DNA from: Spirochaetia bacterium
GTDB lineage: Bacteria; Spirochaetota; Spirochaetia; SZUA-6; Bin103
Direction: 5' to 3'
NCBI GenBank assembly: GCA_965243555.1
Contig: OZ251575.1
Span: forward strand, 2,977,000-3,040,999
Length of the DNA: 64,000 nt
The notes beneath the pieces are model-generated. The model was given only the letters and a program-made list of their open reading frames with translations. It searched no databases and had not been told where the DNA came from. The translations under genes were made by a program, and so were the position numbers. Below, piece after piece: positions 49,855 to 60,627 of the stretch. The first letter of the stretch is position 1. Each line of letters opens with the position of its first letter.

Positions 49855-50731
<877 letters not shown>

Positions 50732-50735
<4 letters not shown>

Positions 50736-51487
50736 CGCTCGGCTGCCCGCGCGCCGGCGGGGTGCAGCCCGCACTCCTTGGCGGCGCCCTGTTCCCACCA
50801 CCAGCGGCCGGCGCGCGCCGGTTCGCCGGGGGCCACGGCGCGGGTGCACGGCGCGCAGCCGATGCTCACGAAGCCGCGGTCGTGCAGCACGTTGTAGGGC
50901 ACGCCGTGGGCGCGCAGGTAGTCCCACACTTCGGCGTCGCTCCACGCCGCCAGCGGGCTGGCCTTTACCGCGCCGTGGGCCGCGTCCCACTCCACCGCGG
51001 GGGTGGCGGCGCGCTCCGGGCTCTGGGCGCGGCGCAGGCCGGTGACCCAGGCCGAGGCGCCGGCGAGCGCGCGGCCCAGCGGCTCCACCTTGCGCACCGC
51101 GCAGCAGCGGCGGCGGCCCTCCACGCTGGCGTAGAACAGATTCGGCCCCGCGCTGCCGACCATTTCCTGCAGCGCGGGCGCGGCCGGCGCCAGCACCTCG
51201 AAGCGCATGCCGTAGCGGCTCATGGTGCGCGCCATCAGGTCGTAGGTCTCCTGGTGCAGGCGGCCGGTGTCGAGCACGAAGATACGCGCCTGCGGGTCGA
51301 TCCGCAGCAGCATGTGGGTGAGCACCTGATCCTCTGCGCCCAGTGACGAGGCCAACTTGAGCCCCCGGCCGTAGCGCTCCGCCAGCGCGCGCAGCAACGC
51401 CTCGGGGCCCCGCTCGGCGAGCTCCGCGAGCTCCCGCACCGCGGCCATGGTCGAGGCGGTCACGCCTGCCGTCCTATCAGCCGTCAT
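50732..51487 (-). CDS. cysH: adenylyl-sulfate (APS) reductase, CysH family, Fe-S type
   Basis: [52 protein letters not shown]. Confidence 0.92.
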
Positions 51488-51897
51488 ATCTGATAGGTGA
51501 GGTGCGGCTGGGCGCGGCGCTTGTCCCACACCAGATCCGCCAGCGTCACCTGCAGCGCGCGGCTGGCGTTCTCGGCGGCGCGCCGCAACGGCGCCGCCAG
51601 CACCGCGTCGCTCCACGGCCCGGCGTGCAACTCCAACGGGCCGTCGAGGCAGGTCAGCACCTCCAGCACCGAAATCTGCGCCGGCTCACGGGCCAGCGCG
51701 TAACCCCCGTGACTGCCGCGGTAACTGCGCACCAGCAGGGCGCGCTTGAGCTGCGCCAGCACCTGCTCCAGGAATTGCTGGGGGATGCCCTGATCGGCCG
51801 CCACCTCGCGCGTCTGCCGCGGGCCGGCGCCGGCGTGAAGCGCCAGATCGTAGGCCGCCTGCAGGCCGTAGCGCGCCTTCGCGGAAAGTGCCCACAC
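51484..51897 (-). CDS. Rrf2 family transcriptional regulator (CymR-like)
   Basis: LSAKARYGL, FLEQVL..LK...LV.S.RG..GGY.LAR. Confidence 0.9.
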   Translation of the reverse strand: MWALSAKARYGLQAAYDLALHAGAGPRQTREVAADQGIPQQFLEQVLAQLKRALLVRSYRGSHGGYALAREPAQISVLEVLTCLDGPLELHAGPWSDAVLAAPLRRAAENASRALQVTLADLVWDKRRAQPHLTYQI

Positions 51898-51923
51898 GTA
51901 CCACCATGCTCCTTTTGTCGGCT

Positions 51924-51946
51924 ATCTTGATCTACTTGGTCAAGAT
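51924..51946. promoter_or_regulatory. Rrf2-type operator candidate ATCTTGA-N9-TCAAGAT
   Basis: Perfect 7-bp arms, located between a minus-strand TTGACG-N18-TAGATT promoter (51961-51990) and the Rrf2 start. Confidence 0.65.
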
Positions 51947-52007
51947 TGACCGGAAGCGCTAATCTACGCCCCCGCTACCGCACTCGTCAAGGCGGGGAAC
52001 GGCGGCG

Positions 52008-52883
52008 TCACTCATCGCCAATCTTCCACACTCCCTTCTCGCGGAACGCCGCGATGGTCTGCCGCCGCGCGGCGTTGGTCACGCCCGGCGCCGACAGGCC
52101 GCGCCGTCTGACGTAGTCCGCCAGCCGGACGATGGCGTCTCCCCTGAGGTAGGCCAGCCGCTTGTGCATCGACTCCAGCAACGCCAGCGCCAGGATACGT
52201 TCCATCGTCTGGCTGCGCCGTCGGTCCAGGTAGTCCCGGAACGCCTGATAGTAGCGCTCCTTCTCGTTGTCACGGATGATGACAGGCGGCAACCCGAGCC
52301 GGTAGAGTTGGAAGTTGATGATGACGCGGCCCATGCGGCCGTTGCCGTCGCAGAACGGATGGATGGTCTCGAAGCGCAGATGAAACAGGGCGATCCGATC
52401 CAGGAAGTAGGAGTCGAGATCGCTGGCGTAGTCGCGCAACGCGGCCGCCATCATCGCCTCCACCCGCTCGGGCGCCGGGGCGACGTGGGTGCCGACGCGC
52501 ACGTACTCGCCGGCCCCGCGGAAGCGGCCGGCGATGTCGTCGTCGATGCCGCCTATCAGCATCCGGTGCAACAGCACGGTCAGGTCTCGCGTCAGCTCGC
52601 CGGTAGCGGCCTTGGTCCGGCTATACTCGACCACGCGCGCCAGATTCCGCGCCTCGAACACCTCCCGCACGGTCACGTTGCGCGCGAGCTCCTGCTGCAG
52701 CAGGATGCGTTCGGTTTCGTCGAGCGTGAGGGTCGAGTTCTCGATGGCGTTCGAGTTGTACACGCCCTCCGGTATCTCCGCGTCGTCGATCATGGCCAGC
52801 AGCGCTTCCTTGCCGCCGCGCAACGCCTCGTACTCCCGTCTCAGTTCCCGGATGCGCGTTCTGACCGGCTGCGGCGTCCCCAT
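52008..52883 (-). CDS. Fic family protein with C-terminal helix-turn-helix-like extension
   Basis: YNSNAIEN, canonical HPFCDGNGRMGR. Confidence 0.92.
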   Translation of the reverse strand: MGTPQPVRTRIRELRREYEALRGGKEALLAMIDDAEIPEGVYNSNAIENSTLTLDETERILLQQELARNVTVREVFEARNLARVVEYSRTKAATGELTRDLTVLLHRMLIGGIDDDIAGRFRGAGEYVRVGTHVAPAPERVEAMMAAALRDYASDLDSYFLDRIALFHLRFETIHPFCDGNGRMGRVIINFQLYRLGLPPVIIRDNEKERYYQAFRDYLDRRRSQTMERILALALLESMHKRLAYLRGDAIVRLADYVRRRGLSAPGVTNAARRQTIAAFREKGVWKIGDE

Positions 52884-52903
52884 ACGCCTTCAGATCGTGC
52901 CCG

Positions 52904-53011
52904 CATTCACGCGATCACGTCAAGAAGGCGTGAATTGAGTGCGAAAACAGGGGGGCATTCACGCGATCGCGTCAATCAGGCGTGAATTGAGCGCGGAAAC
53001 AGGGGTCATTC
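52904..53011. repeat. two tandem ~52-bp units, each containing the inverted repeat ATTCACGC-N15-GCGTGAAT
   Basis: Units start at 52904 and 52956; a CATTC remnant of a third starts at 53007. Confidence 0.9.
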
Positions 53012-54129
53012 CCGCCGGCCGGCTCGCGCTGCATTATTCCGGCGCCGTAACACCGCTCGCCGCCGGGGCCGCCGTAGAGCACGGCGAATTGACCGCTGGC
53101 GATGCCGGCCGGCGCTTCGGCGAAGGTCAGCCGTAGCGCGGCGCCGGCCGCGGCCTCCAGCCGGCAGGGGCGCGGCGGGTCGCCGTGGCGCACCCGCACC
53201 AGCAGCGGGGGCGCCGGCAGCGGGCCCGCGGACGGCGGTTCGATCCAGTTGCAGCCGGTGAGCAGCACCGAGCGCGGCGCCGCGGCGGCGGGGTCGTGGG
53301 ACACGTATACGGTGTTGGTCGAAACCTCCTTGGCCGCCACGTACCACGGCCCGTTGCCGAGGCCCAGACCCTGGCGCTGGCCGATGGTGTGGAACCAGTG
53401 GCCGCGGTGGGCGCCGAGCAGCGCGCCGCCGTCCAACTCGCGAATCGGGCCCGGCGCTTCGCCCAGGTGGGCGCGCACGAACGCCGGATAGCTCAGCTTG
53501 CCGAGGAAGCAGAGGCCCTGGCTGTCGCGGCGCTCGCTCGGCGCCAGCCCCCGCTCCCGCGCCAGCGCGCGCACCTGCTGCTTGCGCAGGCCGCCGAGCG
53601 GGAAGCGCAGGCGGCGCAGTTGGCCGCGCCGCAGGTAGGCCAGGAAGTAACTCTGGTCCTTGGCCGGGTCCACTCCGCGCAGCAGGCGGGGCTGCCCGTC
53701 CGGCGCCGCGGCCAGGCGCGCGTAGTGGCCGCTGGCCACGGCGTCGTAATCGGCGCCGGCGCGGGCAGTGAACGCCCCGAACTTGATCATCCGGTTGCAG
53801 AGCACGTCCGGGCTCGGGGTGTGGCCGGCGCGCAACGCGGCCAGCACGTACTCCACCACCGCCTGCTGATATTCGGCCTGCAGCGGCACCACCTGCAGCG
53901 GCACCTGCAGCTCGCGGCACACGGCGCGGGCGTAGCGCAGATCCTCCTCCCACGGGCAGTCGCCAAGGAACGCCAGCTCCTCCTCCAGCCAGATTTTCAG
54001 GTAACAGGCGGTGAGCTGATGGCCCGCCTCGCGCAGCAGGGCCAGCGCCAACGCGCTGTCCACCCCGCCCGAGAGCAACACCGCGATGCGCTCGCGCCGC
54101 CCGCTCACCGCCGCGCCCCGCATACCCAT
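52972..54129 (-). CDS. mnmA: tRNA 2-thiouridine(34) synthase
   Basis: SGGVDS, CPWEED, TPSPDVLCN..IKFG, GHYA, KDQSYFL, DSQGLCF, TIGQR.GL. Confidence 0.95.
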   Translation of the reverse strand: MGMRGAAVSGRRERIAVLLSGGVDSALALALLREAGHQLTACYLKIWLEEELAFLGDCPWEEDLRYARAVCRELQVPLQVVPLQAEYQQAVVEYVLAALRAGHTPSPDVLCNRMIKFGAFTARAGADYDAVASGHYARLAAAPDGQPRLLRGVDPAKDQSYFLAYLRRGQLRRLRFPLGGLRKQQVRALARERGLAPSERRDSQGLCFLGKLSYPAFVRAHLGEAPGPIRELDGGALLGAHRGHWFHTIGQRQGLGLGNGPWYVAAKEVSTNTVYVSHDPAAAAPRSVLLTGCNWIEPPSAGPLPAPPLLVRVRHGDPPRPCRLEAAAGAALRLTFAEAPAGIASGQFAVLYGGPGGERCYGAGIMQREPAGGNDPCFRAQFTPD

Positions 54130-54172
54130 CGCGTCCGCTCCCGCCGGCGCGCCGCCGCGCGGGCGGCCATCA

Positions 54173-54910
54173 TCAGGGCTCGCGTCGCCGGTGACGAACG
54201 CCGCCGGCGGCGCCCACCAGCAGATCGGTAACGCAGCGCGTAAAGAGGCCGTTCTCGACCACGCCGGGGATGGCGGCGAGCTCCGCCTCGCACCGCACCG
54301 CGTCAATGGAGGAGTTCGGCCAAGCGTCGACGATCAGGTTGCCGTGGTCGGTGATGACCGGTCCCTGCTTGCGCACCGCGAGCCGCACCTCGGTGCGGAA
54401 ACCGCGCCGCAGCAGGGCGGCGCGCACCGGAGCCAACGCCAGCGGCACCACTTCCACCGGCACCGGGCCGCGGCTGCCGAGGCGAGGCACCAGCTTCGAT
54501 TCGTCCACCACGATCACGTAGCGGCGGCTGGCCGCGGCCACCACCTTCTCGGTGAGCAGGGCGCCGCCGCCGCCCTTGATCAAGTTCCACGCCGGGTCCA
54601 CCTCGTCGGCGCCGTCGATGGTCAGGTCGAGCGCCCCGGATACCGCCGGGTCGTTGAGGGTCAGCAGGTTCAACCCCAGTTCCCACCCCGCGGCCTGGAT
54701 CTGAGTGCTGGTGGGCACCAGGGCAAGATCGCGCAAGGCGCCGCTCTGCACCCGCGCTGCAATGGCGCGCACCGCGTGCACGGCGGTGGAGCCGGTGCCG
54801 AGGCCGATTCTCATCCCCGGCTCCACCAGCGCCGCGGCGGCGCGGCCCAGCGCGGCCTTGACCTCCTCCGCGGCAGTAACCGCGGCCGCCTCGGTGGCGG
54901 CCCCGCTCAC
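54173..54910 (-). CDS. rpiA: ribose-5-phosphate isomerase A
   Basis: GLGTGST, DGADEVD, IKGGGGAL..EK, ITDHGN, GVVENGLF. Confidence 0.95.
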   Translation of the reverse strand: MSGAATEAAAVTAAEEVKAALGRAAAALVEPGMRIGLGTGSTAVHAVRAIAARVQSGALRDLALVPTSTQIQAAGWELGLNLLTLNDPAVSGALDLTIDGADEVDPAWNLIKGGGGALLTEKVVAAASRRYVIVVDESKLVPRLGSRGPVPVEVVPLALAPVRAALLRRGFRTEVRLAVRKQGPVITDHGNLIVDAWPNSSIDAVRCEAELAAIPGVVENGLFTRCVTDLLVGAAGGVRHRRREP

Positions 54911-55054
54911 GGCGCGCTCCCTGCGGGCGCGGCGGGCCGTGCCGTGCCACGCGCGCGCCCGCCAGCCCCTGGGCGCGCTCCGCGGCGGCGCGGTCGGCCG
55001 GCCTGCCGCCCCACTGCGGCCCCCCGGCGGCGGCGGTCGTCTACCACCCGCGGC

Positions 55055-56716
55055 TCACTCCGGCGCCGGCTGCGGCGGCTCCGGATCGGGCGCCGCCGCG
55101 GCGTACGGCTCCAGCAACTGCGCGATGCGCTCATACCCGCTGAGCAGGATGAATTCGGCCAAGCGCGGGCCGCGGTCTTTGCCGAGCAGGGCACGGTAGG
55201 TCGCTTGGAACATCTCGCGCGGCGGCACGCTAGCCTGCTCGGCAATGGTATATAGGCTGTCGCCGATGGACATGTCGTTGCGCAACTCCAGCCGCAATAG
55301 TTCGCGGTGCAACATGCGTAGCGCCGCGACCTGCGCCGCAGACAGGCGGTTGGTGGGCGCCGGCTCCGCGGGCCGCCGCAAGCGAAAGTGCATGGATGGC
55401 GGCGCGTAGTCGTCCAGCCAAGCTTTGGCGGCGTGCGCCCGCGCGCGCAGCCGGCGGTGCGCTTCCGCGGCGGCCGGCGCCGTCAACCCCGGCAACCGCA
55501 CCCGCGCCACCGCTTCCTTCACGTCGCCGTCGTGAATCTGAATCAGGTTGCAGAGGTGGCGGAACGGCACCGGCGTCGGCATCCGTTCCGGCACCTGCGA
55601 CACCTGCGACAGCTCGTAGATTCGGCGCTCGCGGCCGCTCCGCTTGGCGCTCATCGGTTCGGCGCCGAAGTACGCCCGCTCGGCGCGGTCGTAGTCTTCG
55701 TAGCGCTTCAGCACGTCGAGATCAAAGGAGACCGTGAACTCGGCGTTGGGGCGGGTCCCGGCGTAGAGATAGCGCACCACCTCCGGCTGATAGACGGTGA
55801 GCATCTGGTCGATGGTGACGGCGTTGCCGGCGGAGGAAGCGAGCCGGCCGGCGCCGCCCTTTACGCCCACGTCCCCGTAGAGGAAGGTGACCGGCGGCTC
55901 ACGGCCGTACACCTCGCGGGCAATCGGGCCGGCGGTGTCAAAGGAACCGCCGGCGGTGTGGTGATCCTTGCCGGCCGGCTCGCAGTCCACCCCTTCATGC
56001 GCCCAGCGCATCGGCCAGTCAATGCGCCACAGCAGCTTGACGTTGCCGGAACGGGTCAGGTCGGCCTGCTTCTCGGTCCCGTCCACGTCGCGGTAGGTCA
56101 CGCGGTCGGCGCCGTCCCACGCCAGCACCGTGGTGTTGTCGGTGCCGTCCAGTTCCGAGTAGATCGTGATTGGCCAGTAGTCCTTCGGCAGCGGCGCGTT
56201 GCGGTGGCGGTTGAGGTTGAGGATAGTCCGAATCTCGCCTCGCCGCTCCAGGGCGCGGCGGATGCCGGCGGCGTAGCACCCCGCGCGGTAGCGCTCGGCC
56301 TGATAGCGGTACTTGGGCTCGATCCCCAGTTGCGGCAGCACCTGCTCCAGGCTGCGCTCGAACCGCGCCGCGTAGTTGGGGGCGGTCCCGTAGGGGTCGG
56401 GCACCGCCACGACCGGCTTGCGCAGGTGGCGGGCCAGCTCCTCCCGGCGCGGCAGGTTGGCCGGAACCTTGCGAAACACGTCGTAGTCGTCCCAGAAGTA
56501 GATGAAGCGCACCTGCCGCCCGCGGTCGCGCAACGCGCGCACCACCAGCTCGGCGGACATAACCTCGCGCAGGTGGCCGAAGTGGACCGATCCCGACGGC
56601 GCCACGCCGGCGGCCACCACGTAACGCTCGCGCTCGCCGCGTTCGCGGATGACGCGCTCGGCGGTCAGGTCCGCCCAGTGACCGGCGTGCATGGGTGCTG
56701 ATTCGGCCTGCGGCAT
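55055..56716 (-). CDS. lysS: lysine--tRNA ligase, class I
   Basis: HWAD, PSG.VHFGH.RE, WDDYDVFRKVP, KL.WRIDWPMRW, EPAGKDH, GPRL. Confidence 0.93.
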   Translation of the reverse strand: MPQAESAPMHAGHWADLTAERVIRERGERERYVVAAGVAPSGSVHFGHLREVMSAELVVRALRDRGRQVRFIYFWDDYDVFRKVPANLPRREELARHLRKPVVAVPDPYGTAPNYAARFERSLEQVLPQLGIEPKYRYQAERYRAGCYAAGIRRALERRGEIRTILNLNRHRNAPLPKDYWPITIYSELDGTDNTTVLAWDGADRVTYRDVDGTEKQADLTRSGNVKLLWRIDWPMRWAHEGVDCEPAGKDHHTAGGSFDTAGPIAREVYGREPPVTFLYGDVGVKGGAGRLASSAGNAVTIDQMLTVYQPEVVRYLYAGTRPNAEFTVSFDLDVLKRYEDYDRAERAYFGAEPMSAKRSGRERRIYELSQVSQVPERMPTPVPFRHLCNLIQIHDGDVKEAVARVRLPGLTAPAAAEAHRRLRARAHAAKAWLDDYAPPSMHFRLRRPAEPAPTNRLSAAQVAALRMLHRELLRLELRNDMSIGDSLYTIAEQASVPPREMFQATYRALLGKDRGPRLAEFILLSGYERIAQLLEPYAAAAPDPEPPQPAPE

Positions 56717-56778
56717 CTCGCGCCGAGTATAGAACCGCGCCGCCCCGCCGGCAAAGCGTCCGCGCCCCTGTCGCCGGG

Positions 56779-58002
56779 CTACCCCGCCAGCGCCTCGACC
56801 GCGGCCGGCTGCAGCGCCCCCGCCAGCGCGGCAATGCCGGCGTCCATCTCCTCCGGCCGATTCCAGCCAAAGCAGAGCCGCATCCGGTCCCGCCCCGACG
56901 CGCCGTCGGCGGCGGTGCGCGGCCCGGGGGCGAACGTCACGCCCGCCGCCGCCGCGCGCTCGCCGGCTTCCACGGTGTCGGAGCCGTCGAGCATCTGCAC
57001 GAACACGAACAGGCCGCCGGCCGGTTCGGTCCAGCGCGCGCGCCCGCCCAGGTGTGCGTCGAGCGCGGCCAGCATCGCGTCCCGCTTGGCGCGCAACAGG
57101 CCGCGCACGCGGTCGACGTGGGCGTCCAGCCCGTTCCGCGCGAACCCGTGCACGGCCAGCGCCGTGAACTGGCTCACGCCGCCGGTTCCCTTGACCGCGG
57201 CCATCCGCTCCATCAGCGGCGGCGGCGCGGCGACGTACCCCAGCCGCATCCCGGGGCCGATGTTCTTGGAGAAGGAGGCGACGTAGATGGTGCGGCCGCC
57301 ATCGTCGAGCGAGCGGATCGCCGCCGGCACCTCCTGTCCGTCGAAGGCCAGATCGACGTAGCAGTCGTCCTCCCACACCGGCACGCCGTGGCGCGCGGTG
57401 ACGTCGTTCACCGCTTCGCGGCGCGCCGTCGGCGCCACCCACCCGAGCGGATTCTGAAAGGTCGGCACCGTGTACACGGCCTTGACGCGCTTGCCCTGGC
57501 CCGCCGCCTCCCGCAGGCGGTACTCCAGGGAATCGGGCAGCATGCCGGCGCCGTCCCAATCGACGCCGCGCACCTCGGCGCCGAAGCGGCGCAGGATGGC
57601 GAGCGTACCGGCGTAGGTGAACTCTTCGACCAGCACGACGTCGCCGGGATCGATCAGCGCCTGGGCGACCAGGAAGTTCGGCTCGGTCGACCCGGAGCCG
57701 AGCAGGATGTCGTCGGCGCCGACCGCAAAGCCGCGGGTATCGGCCAGCCGCGCCGCCAGCCACTCACGCAACGGCGGATAACCGAGCGGATGGGGGTAGT
57801 GCGCCAGGCTGCGCCCGGCGACCGCCAACTCCGCGCGCAGACAGTCGACCAGCGCTTCGAGCGGCAGCGAGTCGGGATCGGGATAGGCGACCCCGAAGTC
57901 GTACCGCGCCCCCGGCTGCGGGGGGCCGCCCGCCGGCTCTCCCGGATCCGAACCGGCCAGAAGATTGGCCCACCCGGCCCACTCGCAACGCGATGCACTC
58001 AT
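56779..58002 (-). CDS. PLP-dependent aminotransferase, class I (MocR/ARO8-like)
   Basis: GYPPLRE, PTFQNPLG, EDDCY, SFSKNIGPGMRLGY, GGLF, RLCF. Confidence 0.9.
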   Translation of the reverse strand: MSASRCEWAGWANLLAGSDPGEPAGGPPQPGARYDFGVAYPDPDSLPLEALVDCLRAELAVAGRSLAHYPHPLGYPPLREWLAARLADTRGFAVGADDILLGSGSTEPNFLVAQALIDPGDVVLVEEFTYAGTLAILRRFGAEVRGVDWDGAGMLPDSLEYRLREAAGQGKRVKAVYTVPTFQNPLGWVAPTARREAVNDVTARHGVPVWEDDCYVDLAFDGQEVPAAIRSLDDGGRTIYVASFSKNIGPGMRLGYVAAPPPLMERMAAVKGTGGVSQFTALAVHGFARNGLDAHVDRVRGLLRAKRDAMLAALDAHLGGRARWTEPAGGLFVFVQMLDGSDTVEAGERAAAAGVTFAPGPRTAADGASGRDRMRLCFGWNRPEEMDAGIAALAGALQPAAVEALAG

Positions 58003-58069
58003 CTCTCCGACTACCTCCGCTACGGGCCATAATAGCACCGAAGTTGCTTGCCGCGGCTATCCTGTGGCG

Positions 58070-58744
58070 GTGATGGCCGTGATGAGAGTGATACGAGTGT
58101 TGGTACTGACCGCCGCGCTCGCCGCCGGGGCGGTGGGCTGCGCCACGCGGGCGCAGATTTCGCCCGCCGACCAGGCCGCGGCCGCGGCGGCCGTCGCCGC
58201 CGGCAGTTGGCAGCCGCAAGTGGGAACCGCCTCCTGGTACGGGGCGGACTTCCACGGCCGCACCACCGCCAACGGCGAGGTCTACGACATGCACGCGCAA
58301 ACCGCGGCGCACAAGACGCTGCCGTTCAACACCGTGGTGCGCGTGACCCACCTCACTACCGGCGCGGCCACCGTGGTGCGGATCAACGACCGCGGCCCGT
58401 TCGTCGGGGAGCGCATCATCGACCTGTCGATGGCGGCGGCCGGCGATCTCGACATGATCCGCACCGGCATTGCCGAAGTGCGCATCGAGGTGGTTCGCCC
58501 CGGCGACCAGCCGGCGGCCGCCGGCTACGTGGTGCAGGTGGCCTCGTTCCGGGACGCCGGCAATGCCCGCGCCCTGCGCGACCGCTTGCGCGGCGCCGGT
58601 TTCGCCGCCGAACTGCAACCAAGCGGCGGCGGCTTTACCCGCGTGGTGATTCCCGGCCTCGACGCGAGCACCGCGGCGCTGGCGCAGCAACGCCTGCGCG
58701 AGCGGGGTTTCCCGGAGGGGCTGGCGCGACCCGCCGGCCGCTGA
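58070..58744 (+). CDS. rlpA: septal ring lytic transglycosylase RlpA (DPBB plus SPOR)
   Basis: Lipobox AVGC, ASWYG.DFHG..TANGE, TAAHKTLP, INDRGPF, IIDLS, VQVASF. Confidence 0.92.
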   Translation: MMAVMRVIRVLVLTAALAAGAVGCATRAQISPADQAAAAAAVAAGSWQPQVGTASWYGADFHGRTTANGEVYDMHAQTAAHKTLPFNTVVRVTHLTTGAATVVRINDRGPFVGERIIDLSMAAAGDLDMIRTGIAEVRIEVVRPGDQPAAAGYVVQVASFRDAGNARALRDRLRGAGFAAELQPSGGGFTRVVIPGLDASTAALAQQRLRERGFPEGLARPAGR

Positions 58745-58888
58745 CGCAACGTGCCTGCCCCGGCGCAACCGGGCCGCCGCGCCCGCAGAGGAAGCGGCCG
58801 CAGCAGAACGGCGTCGTGCCGCCCACCACCCCGGCCGGCAGGGCGCCTTGAGCCGCGGCGCCCAATCCTGGTATCTAGTGCGGTACCT

Positions 58889-58962
58889 GCCCCAGTAGCT
58901 CAGTGGGATAGAGCGGCGGTTTCCTAAACCGCAGGTCAGACGTTCGAGTCGTCTCTGGGGCA
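58889..58962 (+). tRNA. tRNA-Arg (anticodon CCT), no encoded CCA
   Basis: GCCCCAG/CTGGGGC acceptor stem, GCGGT-TTCCTAA-ACCGC anticodon arm, GTTCGAGTC T-loop. Confidence 0.95.
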
Positions 58963-58965
58963 AAA

Positions 58966-60609
58966 GTGCGCGTCGCCCTCGCCCAGATCAACCCCACCGT
59001 CGGCGACTTTGCCGGCAACAGCGCGCTGATCCTGGCGCGGCTGGCGGAGGCGCGCGCGCAACGCGCCGAGTTGGTGGTGTTCCCGGAGCTATGTCTGTGC
59101 GGCTATCCGCCGATGGACCTGCTCGACCACGATTCCTTCGTGGCGGAAAACCTCAAGGCGCTGCGCCGCATCCAGCGCGCCATGCCGGCCGATCTGGGGG
59201 CGGTGATCGGCTACGTAGACCGCAACCGCAGCGGTACCGGCAAGCGCCTGATCAACGCCGCCGCCCTGCTCGCCGGCGGGCGCGTGCCGCACCGCCAGGC
59301 CAAGACCCTGCTGCCCACCTACGACGTGTTCGACGAGGCGCGCTACTTCGAGCCGGCGGCGGAGCGGCGCACCGTAGATTTCAACGGCGAACGTCTCGGC
59401 ATCACCATCTGCGAGGATATCTGGTGGGAGACCGAGCCCGACCCCGGCGGGCGCTACGCGGTCGATCCGGTGCGCGACTGCCTGGACGCCGGCGCCACCC
59501 TGCTGCTGGCGCCCTCCGCCTCGCCCTACCACCGCGGCAAGCCGGCCGTGCGCCGCCGGTTGCTGCGGCGCGTCGCCGCCGGCGCCGGCGTGCCGGTGGT
59601 CTACGTCAACATGGTAGGCGGCAACGACGGGCTGCTGTTCGACGGGCAATCGTTCGTCACCGCCGCCGGCGGCGAACTGGTGCTGCAGTGCGCCGGCTAC
59701 CGGGAGCAACTGGCGGTGTGGGACAGCGCCGCGCCGGGCGGGCCGGCGACGGCCAACGCCGACGGCTGGGCCGAGCTGGAGCAGGCGCTGGGAATGGGAA
59801 TTGCCGACTACCTGCGCAAAACTCACCACCGGCGCGTGCACGTGGCGGTGTCCGGCGGCATCGACTCGGCGCTGGTCGCCGCGCTGGCGGCGCGCGCCCT
59901 CGGCCCGGAGCAGGTCACCGCGTTCTCGCTGCCCTCGATGTACTCCTCGCCGGGCAGCAAGTCCGACGCGGCGCAGCTCTGCGCCCGCCTCGGGGTGCCG
60001 CTGCACACCATCCCCATCGCGGAGCTGTACGCCGGCTACGAGCGCGCGCTCGCCCCGGTGTTCGCCGGCGCTCCGCCCGACCTCACCGAAGAAAACCTCC
60101 AGGCGCGCATCCGCGGCATGCTGATGATGGCGTTCTCCAACAAGACCGGCTCCATTCTGCTCGCCACCGGCAACAAGTCGGAGCTGGCCACCGGCTACTC
60201 CACCCTCTACGGTGATCTGTGCGGCGGGCTGGCGCCGATCGGCGACCTGCTCAAAACCGAGGTATACGCCCTCTCCCGCGCCATCAACCGGGACGGCGAG
60301 GTCATCCCCGCGGCCACCCTCACCAAGCCTCCCTCCGCCGAGCTGCGCCCCGGCCAGACCGACCGGGATTCGCTGCCCGACTACGAGGTGCTCGACCGGA
60401 TCCTGCAGCTCTACGTGATCGACAACCTCACCCGTAGCGAGATCGTCGCCCGCGGCTTCGACGACGCCACCGTGGCCGACGTGCTGCGCCGCGTGGGTCA
60501 AGCCGAGTACAAGCGCCGCCAGGCGCCCACCATTCTCCGCGTCTCCCCGCGCGCCTTCGGCACCGGCCGCCGCTTCCCCATCGCCCGCGAAACCCACGAG
60601 GTCGCCTGA
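58966..60609 (+). CDS. nadE: glutamine-dependent NAD+ synthetase
   Basis: ALAQIN..VGD, FPEL, LP.YDVFDE.RYF, ICED, SGGIDS, ENLQAR.RG, GNKSE, PSAEL, EYKRRQ. Confidence 0.95.
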   Translation: MRVALAQINPTVGDFAGNSALILARLAEARAQRAELVVFPELCLCGYPPMDLLDHDSFVAENLKALRRIQRAMPADLGAVIGYVDRNRSGTGKRLINAAALLAGGRVPHRQAKTLLPTYDVFDEARYFEPAAERRTVDFNGERLGITICEDIWWETEPDPGGRYAVDPVRDCLDAGATLLLAPSASPYHRGKPAVRRRLLRRVAAGAGVPVVYVNMVGGNDGLLFDGQSFVTAAGGELVLQCAGYREQLAVWDSAAPGGPATANADGWAELEQALGMGIADYLRKTHHRRVHVAVSGGIDSALVAALAARALGPEQVTAFSLPSMYSSPGSKSDAAQLCARLGVPLHTIPIAELYAGYERALAPVFAGAPPDLTEENLQARIRGMLMMAFSNKTGSILLATGNKSELATGYSTLYGDLCGGLAPIGDLLKTEVYALSRAINRDGEVIPAATLTKPPSAELRPGQTDRDSLPDYEVLDRILQLYVIDNLTRSEIVARGFDDATVADVLRRVGQAEYKRRQAPTILRVSPRAFGTGRRFPIARETHEVA

Positions 60610-60627
60610 CCGGGAGCCCGTCACCAG

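Noticed and set aside
52904-53011. Tandem 52-bp units as a mini CRISPR array
   Set aside because: Only two units, similar along their whole length with no unique spacers, and no cas genes.
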